A stretch of 64,000 nucleotides of DNA. Source: Alphaproteobacteria bacterium (GTDB taxonomy: Bacteria > Pseudomonadota > Alphaproteobacteria > RF32 > CAG-239). Made by a program: the position numbers and the translations under genes. Shown here one piece after another: positions 25,892 to 34,004 of the stretch. Below the pieces are notes generated by a model. That model was not told the DNA's origin. It saw only the letters and a list, made by a program, of their open reading frames with translations, and did not search any database. How positions within the stretch are numbered: the first letter of the stretch is position 1; each line of letters starts with the position of its first letter. The stretch lies in assembly GCA_045603405.1 (NCBI GenBank), contig JAZUMA010000030.1, forward strand, positions 3,744-67,743, given 5' to 3'.

Positions 25892-27421
25892 TTATCTTTC
25901 CTTTGAGTTAGTGGCTGGTGGATTCGGTTGAAAGTCTCGTTTTTGTCGCTCTTCTTGTAGGCTTATGATGATATCCTGGTATTTGACAGCGGTGTCAGTT
26001 ATTAATTTAAAATTTTGGAGATCTGAGCCGGTTAAGTTTTTCCATGCTTTGTTGATGTATGTGTCGGCATTCTTACCTAATTCGTCAAAGCTTTCCGGCA
26101 AAATACCAATCATTTTTAAATAGTGAGCTTTATTTATGGTTTCATTTGGATTTGTTGCAAATGCTGTTGCGCCGTCAAATGTTTCGTAATCTTCAACAAT
26201 GTAATTTCTTCTTAAAAATTCAATAGAATTAAGATATTGTCCGTTCTGGTTTTTAGGAAAAAGGTCATCAGATTTGAGAAAATTGCTTTCAAGTCCACCG
26301 GCATTTTTATCTTCCCACATGATGCGATTTAAAACGTACATATTGCTCTGATGAATGGCGCTTTTATGAACATCAATGCATAATTTACGCTTTTCTTCGC
26401 ATTGTTTCTTCAAAACTAGAACTCTGCTTATTGCTTCATCATAAGCCGGAGTGTCTTTCTTTTTTTGTGCAGCTTTTTGTGCAGCTTTATATTTGGCGTC
26501 TAAAATCCGGAATTGTTCATAAATACTATGTGAGCGGATATGGGCAAAAAACATATTGGTTTGTTTAAATTGAAATTCTACATAAAAACGGCGATTGCCG
26601 TTTGGAATGGTTATGCATGCAATCTTTTTGCGATCTAAATAACGACGCGGATTTTCATTTAAGCTTTTTTTGTAGGAATCACGTTCATTAGGCTCGAATT
26701 TAATATAGTTCGGAAAATTCTTCTCTAGCTGGTTTATTAAAATTTCTAAATCTTGCGGATATCGAGAAGTAATGGATAAGCGATAAATATCGTGGGGTAA
26801 GATAGTCTTGCAGATGTTAGATAGTGCAGAAGTTGTTTTTTTATCGCATTGTTGTTGGTGTAGATTGTATATTGTCGGGCAATGTTGTTCTTTTTTTGAT
26901 AATCCAAATGGCAATTCAGGTTCTTCTTTGAAGAGTCGAATATTTTGTTTAATTATATCTTCATGTTCGCCTTTTTTTTCTTCTATCAGCTTTTCTATAG
27001 TACGTTCTACATCTTTAATAGGAGGAAAAACGATATATAGGTCGTTGCATTCGTGGTTAATGTAGTGGAGTACAGATGATGCGCATGGTGCTAAAATTTC
27101 TGTTGTGTAATTAATGCGGCGGCCGTTTTTATCTGTTTCTATTGTTCCATCTTTTAAATTGATGCTGTATATATGTTCCGGAAAACCTGATTTTTGCTCA
27201 GTTTTTAAGCCTATGACAAATGCTTTATATAGTAAGCGGTATTTTTCTAAGGTTTCGCGGTAGTATTCGCGCAGATTTTCTTTGTCTTGTTTTGAGAGAA
27301 ATCCCAGTTCAGCAGCTTTCTGTTCTATATAATTCAATGCCTCATCATCGCACAGTTGTTGGAGATATGGTATTTGTTCAGGTCCTTTCTCAATAAGTTC
27401 TGATGCAGTGTATGTTGTCAT
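25892..27421 (-). CDS. Orphan 509-aa protein with a divergent RelA/SpoT-like (RSH nucleotidyltransferase) motif set
   Basis: PIKDVERTIEKL (aa 134-145), DIYRLSITSRYPQDLEILINQL (aa 211-232) and YVEFQFKQTNMFFAHIRSHSIYE (aa 280-302), compared with RxKxxxSxxxKL, DxxGxRhh and hEIQIRTxxMxxWAxxxHxxxYK. Confidence 0.4.
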   Translation of the reverse strand: MTTYTASELIEKGPEQIPYLQQLCDDEALNYIEQKAAELGFLSKQDKENLREYYRETLEKYRLLYKAFVIGLKTEQKSGFPEHIYSINLKDGTIETDKNGRRINYTTEILAPCASSVLHYINHECNDLYIVFPPIKDVERTIEKLIEEKKGEHEDIIKQNIRLFKEEPELPFGLSKKEQHCPTIYNLHQQQCDKKTTSALSNICKTILPHDIYRLSITSRYPQDLEILINQLEKNFPNYIKFEPNERDSYKKSLNENPRRYLDRKKIACITIPNGNRRFYVEFQFKQTNMFFAHIRSHSIYEQFRILDAKYKAAQKAAQKKKDTPAYDEAISRVLVLKKQCEEKRKLCIDVHKSAIHQSNMYVLNRIMWEDKNAGGLESNFLKSDDLFPKNQNGQYLNSIEFLRRNYIVEDYETFDGATAFATNPNETINKAHYLKMIGILPESFDELGKNADTYINKAWKNLTGSDLQNFKLITDTAVKYQDIIISLQEERQKRDFQPNPPATNSKER

Positions 27422-27609
27422 ATTTTCTGTCCTCCTTTGACATTATTCCTTTAGTCTATCATTTTTTTTCTTATTTGCCAAATATTTTTTTAATTGTGTG
27501 GCTGAGTTTTTAGATTTTTGTTGCAAAATAAAATTTTTTAGGTATTTTAGCGACAGTTGAGGCATTTTATTGCTTGTTTAATTAACATTGTAAATATGGA
27601 GAACGAAAT

Positions 27610-28173
27610 ATGAAACAATTAGCCGGATCTATTAGAATTGGTTGGGTTATCGAATATAAAGGTAAACCGTGGACAATTACTAAATCTCAACATATTAAAC
27701 CGGGTAAAGGCGGTGCTTTTATGCAGGTTGAAATGAAATCTGTGGAAGAGGGAACAAAAACCAATGAACGTTTCCGCACAGAAGATACTGTTGAAAAAAT
27801 GATGGTGGAAGATAAAGATTGTCAATTTTTATTTGAAGATAGTACCGGTTTGAATTTTATGGAAAGTGAAACTTTTGAACAGTTCTCCATGCCTGCTGAT
27901 ATTTTAGGTGATTCTCGTCCGTTCTTGACAGACGGTATGGTTGTACGCATCTCTCATATTAATGACAGACCGATTTCCGTACAATTACCGCAACAAGTTA
28001 TTTGTACTGTGGTTGAAACAGAGCCGGTAATTAAAGGACAAACCGTTACATCATCTTATAAACCGGCTGTATTGGATAATGGTATGCGCATCGGTGTACC
28101 GCCGTTTATTGCTGCCGGTGAAAAAATCGTGGTTGGTACAGAAGAAGCTAATTATGTTGAGAGAGCGAAATAA
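27610..28173 (+). CDS. efp: Elongation factor P
   Basis: HIKPGKGGAFMQVEMK and VETEPVIKGQT motifs. Confidence 0.93.
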   Translation: MKQLAGSIRIGWVIEYKGKPWTITKSQHIKPGKGGAFMQVEMKSVEEGTKTNERFRTEDTVEKMMVEDKDCQFLFEDSTGLNFMESETFEQFSMPADILGDSRPFLTDGMVVRISHINDRPISVQLPQQVICTVVETEPVIKGQTVTSSYKPAVLDNGMRIGVPPFIAAGEKIVVGTEEANYVERAK

Positions 28174-28973
28174 TGGCTTATATTTCTCCTATGCTCACTA
28201 ATATCGTGACGGCGGTTAAGAAAGCTTCGGTTAATCTTAATCGTGATTTTAGTGAAATTGAGCATTTACAAAATTCCGTTAAGGGAAGTCTTGATTTTAC
28301 AAAAATTGCTTTTGATAAAATCGAAAAAGGCTTAAAAAATGAGCTTGCTAAGATAATGCCGCAGATTCCGGTGGTGCTGATTAATGATAAAATGCCGAAG
28401 GAAGGAATGTTTTTAAGCGTTTCCGGTATTGAAGGTTTAGCTAATTTTGCACATGGTAATCCGGAGTTTGCTATTTCTTGTGCGCTTGTGGACGGGCAAA
28501 TCGTTTTGGCAGGTGTTGTTTATAATCCGGCGCGGGATGAACTCTTCTTTGCAGAAAAAGGTAAGGGTGCTTTTAAAGAAGGTTTTCGTAGCCATGAGCG
28601 TTTAAGAGTGGCTGCTAAACAGGAACTTGACGGGGCTTTGGTGGCTGTTAAGTCTGCTCTTAATAATACAGAGCTTTCGGCAAAGATTATTAATAATACA
28701 CTGGTATTATGTCATGACGTGCGTGTCAGCGGATCTGTGGCACTTGATTTGGCTTATGTAGCAGCCGGAAAACTTGATGGTGTAATCGCACCGGAAAGTT
28801 CTTTGGCGAGTATTGCTGCCGGTGTCTTATTGGTTAAAGAGGCCGGTGGTATTATCTTAGATATGGCGCAAAAAGATACGCGTACAGAGGATTTATCTAT
28901 GGTGCTTAACTCAGGTAATCTGATGGCTGTCAGCTTCAATTTGAGCCAAAAAATTGCTAAGATTTTAAAATAG
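28173..28973 (+). CDS. Inositol-monophosphatase-family (SuhB-like) protein with substituted metal-binding residues
   Basis: GSVALDLAYVAAGKLDG and LVKEAGG are family-typical. The canonical DPLDGTTNF reads SGIEGLANF, and WDxAAG reads ASIAAG. Confidence 0.7.
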   Translation: MAYISPMLTNIVTAVKKASVNLNRDFSEIEHLQNSVKGSLDFTKIAFDKIEKGLKNELAKIMPQIPVVLINDKMPKEGMFLSVSGIEGLANFAHGNPEFAISCALVDGQIVLAGVVYNPARDELFFAEKGKGAFKEGFRSHERLRVAAKQELDGALVAVKSALNNTELSAKIINNTLVLCHDVRVSGSVALDLAYVAAGKLDGVIAPESSLASIAAGVLLVKEAGGIILDMAQKDTRTEDLSMVLNSGNLMAVSFNLSQKIAKILK

Positions 28974-28996
28974 TTTAAAAATTTATAAAATTATGC

Positions 28997-29025
28997 TTGC
29001 AATCTAAAAAAGTGCAGTGTATAAG
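28997..29025 (+). promoter_or_regulatory. Sigma-70-type promoter of rpmE
   Basis: TTGCAA-17 nt-TATAAG. Confidence 0.5.
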
Positions 29026-29067
29026 TGACGTAAATTTTTTAATGTAGTTTAGTTTTTGGAGATAATA

Positions 29068-29295
29068 ATGAAAAATGGTATTCATCCTGACTATCATAAG
29101 ATTACATATGTAATGACAGATGGTACAAAGAAGGAAGTTTATTCAACTTGGGGTAAAGAAGGTGCCGAAATGATTCTTGAAATCGATCCTAAGTCTCATC
29201 CGGCTTGGACTGGTATTCATCGTATGGTGGATTCCGGCGGTCGTGTTGCCGGTTTTAATAAAAAGTATTCTAAGTTTATTAAAGCAGGAAACTAG
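29068..29295 (+). CDS. rpmE: 50S ribosomal protein L31
   Basis: [12 protein letters not shown] start and SHPAWTG motif. GGAG RBS before the ATG at 29068. Confidence 0.88.
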   Translation: MKNGIHPDYHKITYVMTDGTKKEVYSTWGKEGAEMILEIDPKSHPAWTGIHRMVDSGGRVAGFNKKYSKFIKAGN

Positions 29296-29316
29296 AAGAG
29301 TATAGTTCAGGTTTTC

Positions 29317-29350
29317 AGAGCGGTCCTAACGGGTCGCTCTTTTGTTTTTT
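29317..29350 (+). terminator. Rho-independent terminator after rpmE
   Basis: AGAGCGGTCC-TAAC-GGGTCGCTCT followed by TTTGTTTTTT. Confidence 0.65.
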
Positions 29351-29549
29351 ATGTGTTTTATAATAAATATTGAAAAAAAATCGTTTATTTAGGAGATTTT
29401 TTCGATTTTATTGGGGTTTTGTTAATTTAAATTTAAGTTTTTTTTAGTTAAATGATTGTAGAAAAGAATAAATAACACCTTGTAACTCGTGTTAAATTAA
29501 ATTACCCTGAAACAAAAGTGTTAAGTTTTTTTTTAGAAAGGATAATAAT

Positions 29550-30764
29550 ATGACTGCTCCTTTGATGCCTAAAGCAACGGCAGTATGGCTTGTTGAAAAT
29601 ACAACGCTCACTTTTAAGCAAATTGCAGATTTTTGTGAGTTGCATGAGTTGGAAGTACAAGCTATTGCTGATGGGGATATCGCGTATAATATTCGCGGTG
29701 TCAGCCCTGTTTCTAACGGGCAGCTTTCTGAAGCAGAGATTGCTCGTTGTGAAGCAGATGTAACTGCACACTTGGTAGCAACTCCTTTGGAGAGGAATGT
29801 GAAAGAAAGAAATGCAAAAGCGAAAAAAATTCTTTCTCCGACACAACGTGCAGAAAAGCCAAATGCTGTTTTGTGGATTTTGAAAAATTGTCCGGAAGTT
29901 ATGGATTCACAAATTTGTAAACTTATCGGAACAACAAAACCGACAATTAAGTCTATTCGTGAGGGTACTCATGCGAATATGGCAAATTTGCGGCCAATTA
30001 ACCCGATGGCTGTCGGCTTATGCTCAGAAAAAGAATTGGAAAAGGCTATGGAAATTTCGCAACAACAAGCTGAGTTGAAAGAAAACAAAGGTAAGAAGAA
30101 AGCGAAAAAGAAAACCACAGCTAAAAAGAAAAAAGCTGCAACGAAAAAGAAAGTAGCAGCTAAGAAAGTTTCAGCTAAAAAAGCTGGTAAAAAGACAGCA
30201 GCGAAAAAAGCTGTTAAAAAAGTTACGGCAAAGAAGGCTGCCGTTAAAAAGGCTTCTAAAAAATCTACTGTTAAATCTACTGTAACTTCTAAGGGAGGGA
30301 AAAAGATGGTGAAAACCGAAAAAGCTCCGGCAAAGAAAACTGCCACTAAAAAACCTGCAGCAAAGACAGCTGCTGTGAAGAAAACCGTTGCTAAAAAGCC
30401 AGTTGCTAAAAAGACAACGGCAAAAGCTGCTACTGCAAAGAAAACAACTGTAAAGAAAACCGTTGCTAAAAAAGCTCCGGCAAAGAAAGCCGCTGCTAAA
30501 AAACCTGCTGTAAAAAAAGCTGCAGTTAAAAAAGCTCCGGCAAAGAAAGCCGCTGTAAAGAAAACAGTTGCTAAAAAAGCTCCGGCAAAAAAGACAGTTG
30601 CTAAAAAGCCTGCTGTAAAAAAAGCTGCAGTTAAAAAAGCTCCGGCTAAGAAAGCTGCTGTAAAAAAGGCTCCGGCAAAGAAGGCAGTTGCTAAGAAAGC
30701 TCCGGCTAAAAAGCCAGTCGCTAAGAAAGCTCCGGCTAAGAAGGTTGCAGTAAAGAAAAAGTAA
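29550..30764 (+). CDS. DUF1013-domain protein fused to a ~225-aa histone-H1-like Lys/Ala repeat tail
   Basis: N-terminus [31 protein letters not shown] is DUF1013-like. The tail is [12 protein letters not shown]-type repeats. Confidence 0.65.
   Translation: MTAPLMPKATAVWLVENTTLTFKQIADFCELHELEVQAIADGDIAYNIRGVSPVSNGQLSEAEIARCEADVTAHLVATPLERNVKERNAKAKKILSPTQRAEKPNAVLWILKNCPEVMDSQICKLIGTTKPTIKSIREGTHANMANLRPINPMAVGLCSEKELEKAMEISQQQAELKENKGKKKAKKKTTAKKKKAATKKKVAAKKVSAKKAGKKTAAKKAVKKVTAKKAAVKKASKKSTVKSTVTSKGGKKMVKTEKAPAKKTATKKPAAKTAAVKKTVAKKPVAKKTTAKAATAKKTTVKKTVAKKAPAKKAAAKKPAVKKAAVKKAPAKKAAVKKTVAKKAPAKKTVAKKPAVKKAAVKKAPAKKAAVKKAPAKKAVAKKAPAKKPVAKKAPAKKVAVKKK
30090..30761 (+). repeat. Imperfect tandem coding repeats (AAGAAAGCTCCGGC-type units, with a ~108-nt higher-order period)
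   Basis: AAAAAGCCTGCTGTAAAAAAAGCTGCAGTTAAAAAAGCTCCGGC occurs twice, about 106-108 nt apart, and many 12-15 nt units recur. Confidence 0.6.
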
Positions 30765-30825
30765 TTCTTTATAGAGAGAGAAGAAGAGGGGCGTTTGCTC
30801 CTCTTTTTTTGTGCTTAAAATAGGT

Positions 30826-30876
30826 ACAAAAAAACCTTGAGAACGGAGTTGCTTTGGGGCAAAACTGTTCTCAAGG
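30826..30876 (-). terminator. Terminator of the 90-aa membrane-protein gene
   Basis: CCTTGAGAAC ... GTTCTCAAGG inverted repeat followed by a U run on the minus strand. Confidence 0.55.
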
Positions 30877-30886
30877 TGAAATGTTT

Positions 30887-31159
30887 CTATTCATCATCCT
30901 TGTTTAGGATGATGTTTAAGAAACTTTTTTTGTTTTTCTTTTGGCGGAGGGCAATTGTCGCCATCGTCGTTATCACGACGAAGACAACTATGCCGAAGCA
31001 CACGCCAGCCGCCATACATGTGCCGAGCCATTTTAAAAACGGCACATTGTTTTCAATGGCCGGCTCGGCAGACATCAGCATGATACATGCCGTGCTGATG
31101 ACCACACTAATTGCGAGTGATCCGCGTGTGGTTGACGGATCAAAAAATTTTTTCTTCAT
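30887..31159 (-). CDS. Small two-TM membrane protein, 90 aa
   Basis: Two hydrophobic helices and a minus-strand terminator. Preferred over the overlapping + strand 117-aa ORF. Confidence 0.4.
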   Translation of the reverse strand: MKKKFFDPSTTRGSLAISVVISTACIMLMSAEPAIENNVPFLKWLGTCMAAGVCFGIVVFVVITTMATIALRQKKNKKSFLNIILNKDDE

Positions 31160-31471
31160 AATTTTTTGTTTTATGCCGAAAAAAACGTAAGGTGTCTTCT
31201 TTCTCCGGCGGGTGAATACTAATTTTCTTAAAAAAAGCTTGTGCTTAATTATAAGGAAAGGTATTCACAGTAAAAAAACTATGAAAAAACACTAACCGAA
31301 TAATAAGCACGATAATAAACAAAAGTTTATAAATAGAGCTTTATTGTAACATATTTTTTAAAAGCCGTCAATTAGAAAAATAAATATACATACTAGTAGG
31401 TATATTTTTACTTGCAATTTTAAATTTTATACTTTATATATACAGTAGAGCAATTGAAAAGAGGTGCTACT

Positions 31472-31867
31472 ATGGATAAAGAGAGCAGTTTGAAAAGAGT
31501 TATTCGGGTTTATCCGTTTGCCTATAATAAAATTTTGGGTGGACAGCGCAAAATTGATATCAGACCGTATATTGTGCCACTGCAATCTTTGCAAGTTAAT
31601 GACATTATTGAGTATCAAAATATTGAAACAGGCAATACTGTTTTGCGTGAGGTTAAAGGAATTGCTCTTTTTCCAGATTTTGAAACGCTTATTCGTCTGT
31701 TGCCGCCGGAAATGATTGGCTATAGCGACCGTGAAGAAATTCGTGTGCGGGTGGAAAGAATGTATCCTAAAGAGGAGCAGGAAAAGTATGGTGTTTGTGC
31801 TATCTTTATAGAAGAGCCCAGCATCAAACGGATGATGAAGGTTAATAGTTTTGAACGTATAGCCTAA
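31472..31867 (+). CDS. ASCH (PUA-like) domain protein
   Basis: The pattern YPFAYNKILGGQRKIDIRP ... VNDIIEY ... REVKGIALFPDFETLI is typical of ASCH. AGAGGTG RBS before the ATG at 31472. Confidence 0.55.
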   Translation: MDKESSLKRVIRVYPFAYNKILGGQRKIDIRPYIVPLQSLQVNDIIEYQNIETGNTVLREVKGIALFPDFETLIRLLPPEMIGYSDREEIRVRVERMYPKEEQEKYGVCAIFIEEPSIKRMMKVNSFERIA

Positions 31868-31875
31868 ATTAAAGG

Positions 31876-31989
31876 GGAAAATTTGCGTGTCTAATCGTGA
31901 ATGGTGCTTCATGACATAAATTCATGTACTTCTATGTACACTAGAATTTATATCAGAAGACATTCACTTCTATCCATCGCAAATTTTCC
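31876..31989. repeat. Palindromic intergenic element, copy B (~114 nt)
   Basis: Outer arms GGAAAATTTGCG/CGCAAATTTTCC, GTGAATG/CATTCAC and CATAAATTC/GAATTTAT, with centre GTAC-TTCTAT-GTAC. Related to copy A. Confidence 0.55.
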
Positions 31990-32353
31990 GCCTTTAGTCG
32001 AGGAGGCTCGACACCCATCACTTTTGTGCTTTTGGGAGAGCACCTCTTGGAGTGAGGGTGGAGCCCACCTGAGTCGGCCGACATTAGTCGCTCGAGAGGG
32101 GTGACGGGGAGATGTTACTCTTGGAGAGAGGGGATAGAATGATGAGGAAGAAGGAATGTATCAACGTCATTCTTCCGAACGAAGTGAGGTCAAAGAATCT
32201 CCTCTAAATTATGATGCAAAATTTAGAAAAGATTCCCTTGGAGAGAGGGCGGGGATTCCTTGATTTTTGCCTACGGCAAAAAAGGGATGACGTGGAGAGG
32301 TTACCCTTGGAGAGAGGGCGGAGATCCCTTTCTTAGAAATCGTTCTCCCTAAG
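31990..32353 (+). other. GC-elevated, GGA-rich structured spacer with four CYCTTGGAGWGAGGG hairpin motifs. Candidate sRNA or structured 5' leader.
   Basis: Motif copies at 32046, 32120, 32237 and 32306, several additional hairpins, and 15 GGA versus 7 TCC by hand count. Confidence 0.35.
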
Positions 32354-33520
32354 ATGACAGATACTAATCTGAAAATGACGGATGATGATTGTAAGAATTG
32401 GATAGAGGTTGCCTGTGATGCCTTCTCTCGGTTGGATTTTCCTCATGAGCAAGTGATGAGTTTTTTTAGGAATAGATATGGAGGATATTCTTCTCTTAAT
32501 AGAAGATATAATCTTTTTGAAAAGTTATTATCTGATGAAGAATGTTTAGAAGCGCTGAAATCTAATCCTAATTGGAAAGAACTTCGTGATTACTTGGTTA
32601 AGACGGTTTGGGATCCCATGCATATTAAGAAAATTCTTTCGAGCCTTGATGATCTGACTGATAAAGAAAAAGAATCATTGCAGCAAAGATTGGTGGATTA
32701 TAGAATTCACTTTTTAAAAACAGCGATTGGATGTTTCCGCAACTGGAATCAGGCTGGTTACTTGTATAAGATGGTGTATTTTTATAATCTTGGTATCTAT
32801 GAGGAGATGGACGAAGAAGCCATGGATGCCAAGTGGGCGCAGCTGAGAAAACTGTTTGTTAATGACACTTCAGATATAATTCCGAGCATCAATGCAGATA
32901 CCATCGAAGGTATTGTTGAAAATGTCATCAGGCGAGCATGGGACGAGAATGTATCGGGACGGAATGATACGACGGTGAGCAAAGATTATTTGATTCGTTA
33001 TATTGTGGAACGTCGCAAATCCGCGGTAAATTATTTCCCAAAAAAGATGATGCGAGATATACTCGCGTCGTGGGTTCGTGAAAAAGTGAAGGAACTTCTG
33101 CCGAAAGTAAAAGGTATTGATACCTATAATGTAATTTGTCCTTCAATGAGGGAGTTTATGGGTAGGCTCTATGATGGGATTCCAGAAACGGTTAGTAATC
33201 CAGATTCAGTCTTGATTACTCTAACTGTTTTCGACAAACCAAAGCATCTGTGGAGCTTTGTTAAAAATTATTTGCGTTACTACTTTGTGGCGTACGAAAA
33301 AGCAGAAGAAACTAAAAACTATTTTGAAAATCGGGTGGCTTATTTTATTTATGAGGAAGTTCCGCTTTTGTTACAAACTGAAGTAGCCGGTCATTTATCA
33401 GATGAACAAATAGAGATAATGTGGAGTAAGTATTATTCTACTTTATCTGATGAAGAAATAACTTCGTATCTGAAGAAGTTGTCTGATGAGAAACTATTTA
33501 AGATTTGTGTCGAAATTTAA
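32354..33520 (+). CDS. Hypothetical protein, 388 aa (orphan)
   Basis: Long ORF with no recognisable SD before either candidate ATG. No family recognised. Confidence 0.5.
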   Translation: MTDTNLKMTDDDCKNWIEVACDAFSRLDFPHEQVMSFFRNRYGGYSSLNRRYNLFEKLLSDEECLEALKSNPNWKELRDYLVKTVWDPMHIKKILSSLDDLTDKEKESLQQRLVDYRIHFLKTAIGCFRNWNQAGYLYKMVYFYNLGIYEEMDEEAMDAKWAQLRKLFVNDTSDIIPSINADTIEGIVENVIRRAWDENVSGRNDTTVSKDYLIRYIVERRKSAVNYFPKKMMRDILASWVREKVKELLPKVKGIDTYNVICPSMREFMGRLYDGIPETVSNPDSVLITLTVFDKPKHLWSFVKNYLRYYFVAYEKAEETKNYFENRVAYFIYEEVPLLLQTEVAGHLSDEQIEIMWSKYYSTLSDEEITSYLKKLSDEKLFKICVEI

Positions 33521-33545
33521 TTTAATACAAATTTAAATAAGAGAG

Positions 33546-33577
33546 GAGCGTGTGAGGAAATCACACGCTCTTCTTTT
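33546..33577. terminator. Hairpin terminator between convergent genes
   Basis: 10-bp stem GAGCGTGTGA-GGAAA-TCACACGCTC followed by TTCTTTT. Confidence 0.7.
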
Positions 33578-33583
33578 GTGGAA

Positions 33584-33964
33584 TTATTTTGTTTTTTTAC
33601 TGATTGTGTGGGCAACATCTGTCATGCGCGCAAAAAAGGTGTTTGTATCTTTAAAATAACGACTTTTAAGATCATTTTTTTTATGAATTGCGGCAATTTC
33701 AGGTGCACTGTTGTACATGACCATATAGCCAAAACCGCAAATGATGCAAACAGCAAGCCAGAGAAATTTTTTGCCTAATACGAAAAAGAATAGGGAAAAA
33801 AAGGTAATGCAGGCTAAAGTGATATAAACCGAGTACATGGTTCCGCTAACGTTACTGACGAGTTCTAAATCTTCAAGGAAGAATAAACCGATAACACCGA
33901 CAGCTAAGAATTTTAAGATGAAAATTGCGATTGTGAGTAGGATAAACATATTTATTTCTTTCAA
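33584..33964 (-). CDS. Membrane protein, 126 aa (about 4 TM segments)
   Basis: Hydrophobic profile. No family recognised. Confidence 0.45.
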   Translation of the reverse strand: MKEINMFILLTIAIFILKFLAVGVIGLFFLEDLELVSNVSGTMYSVYITLACITFFSLFFFVLGKKFLWLAVCIICGFGYMVMYNSAPEIAAIHKKNDLKSRYFKDTNTFFARMTDVAHTISKKTK

Positions 33965-33994
33965 AAAAAAGCACCCTGTTTAGGGGCAGGGTGC
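33963..33994 (-). terminator. Rho-independent terminator of the NfeD-SPFH operon
   Basis: GCACCCTG-loop-CAGGGTGC followed by U8 on the minus strand. Confidence 0.65.
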
Positions 33995-34004
33995 TTGGTT
34001 ATGA

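Noticed and set aside
29969-30346. 125-aa Phe/Ala-rich antisense ORF
   Set aside because: It is the reverse-complement reading of the AAG/GCT-rich K/A repeat region of the DUF1013 fusion gene, so the open frame is a repeat artefact.
30837-31190. 117-aa + strand ORF overlapping the 90-aa minus-strand gene
   Set aside because: The minus-strand frame gives two clean TM helices and is followed by a minus-strand hairpin plus U run (30826-30876). The + frame has no RBS. Confidence in either frame remains low.
31427-31912. 161-aa minus-strand ORF and the 65-aa + strand ORF overlapping the ASCH gene
   Set aside because: The + strand frame starting at 31472 has an RBS and a recognisable ASCH pattern. 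The competing frames give low-complexity, family-less translations.
32046-32318. Four repeated ~30-nt units around CYCTTGGAGWGAGGG that could be read as a small CRISPR array
   Set aside because: There are only four copies. They are degenerate outside a 13-nt core and irregularly spaced (74/117/69 nt). No cas genes or leader-like architecture lie nearby. I treat the region as a structured or repeat region instead.
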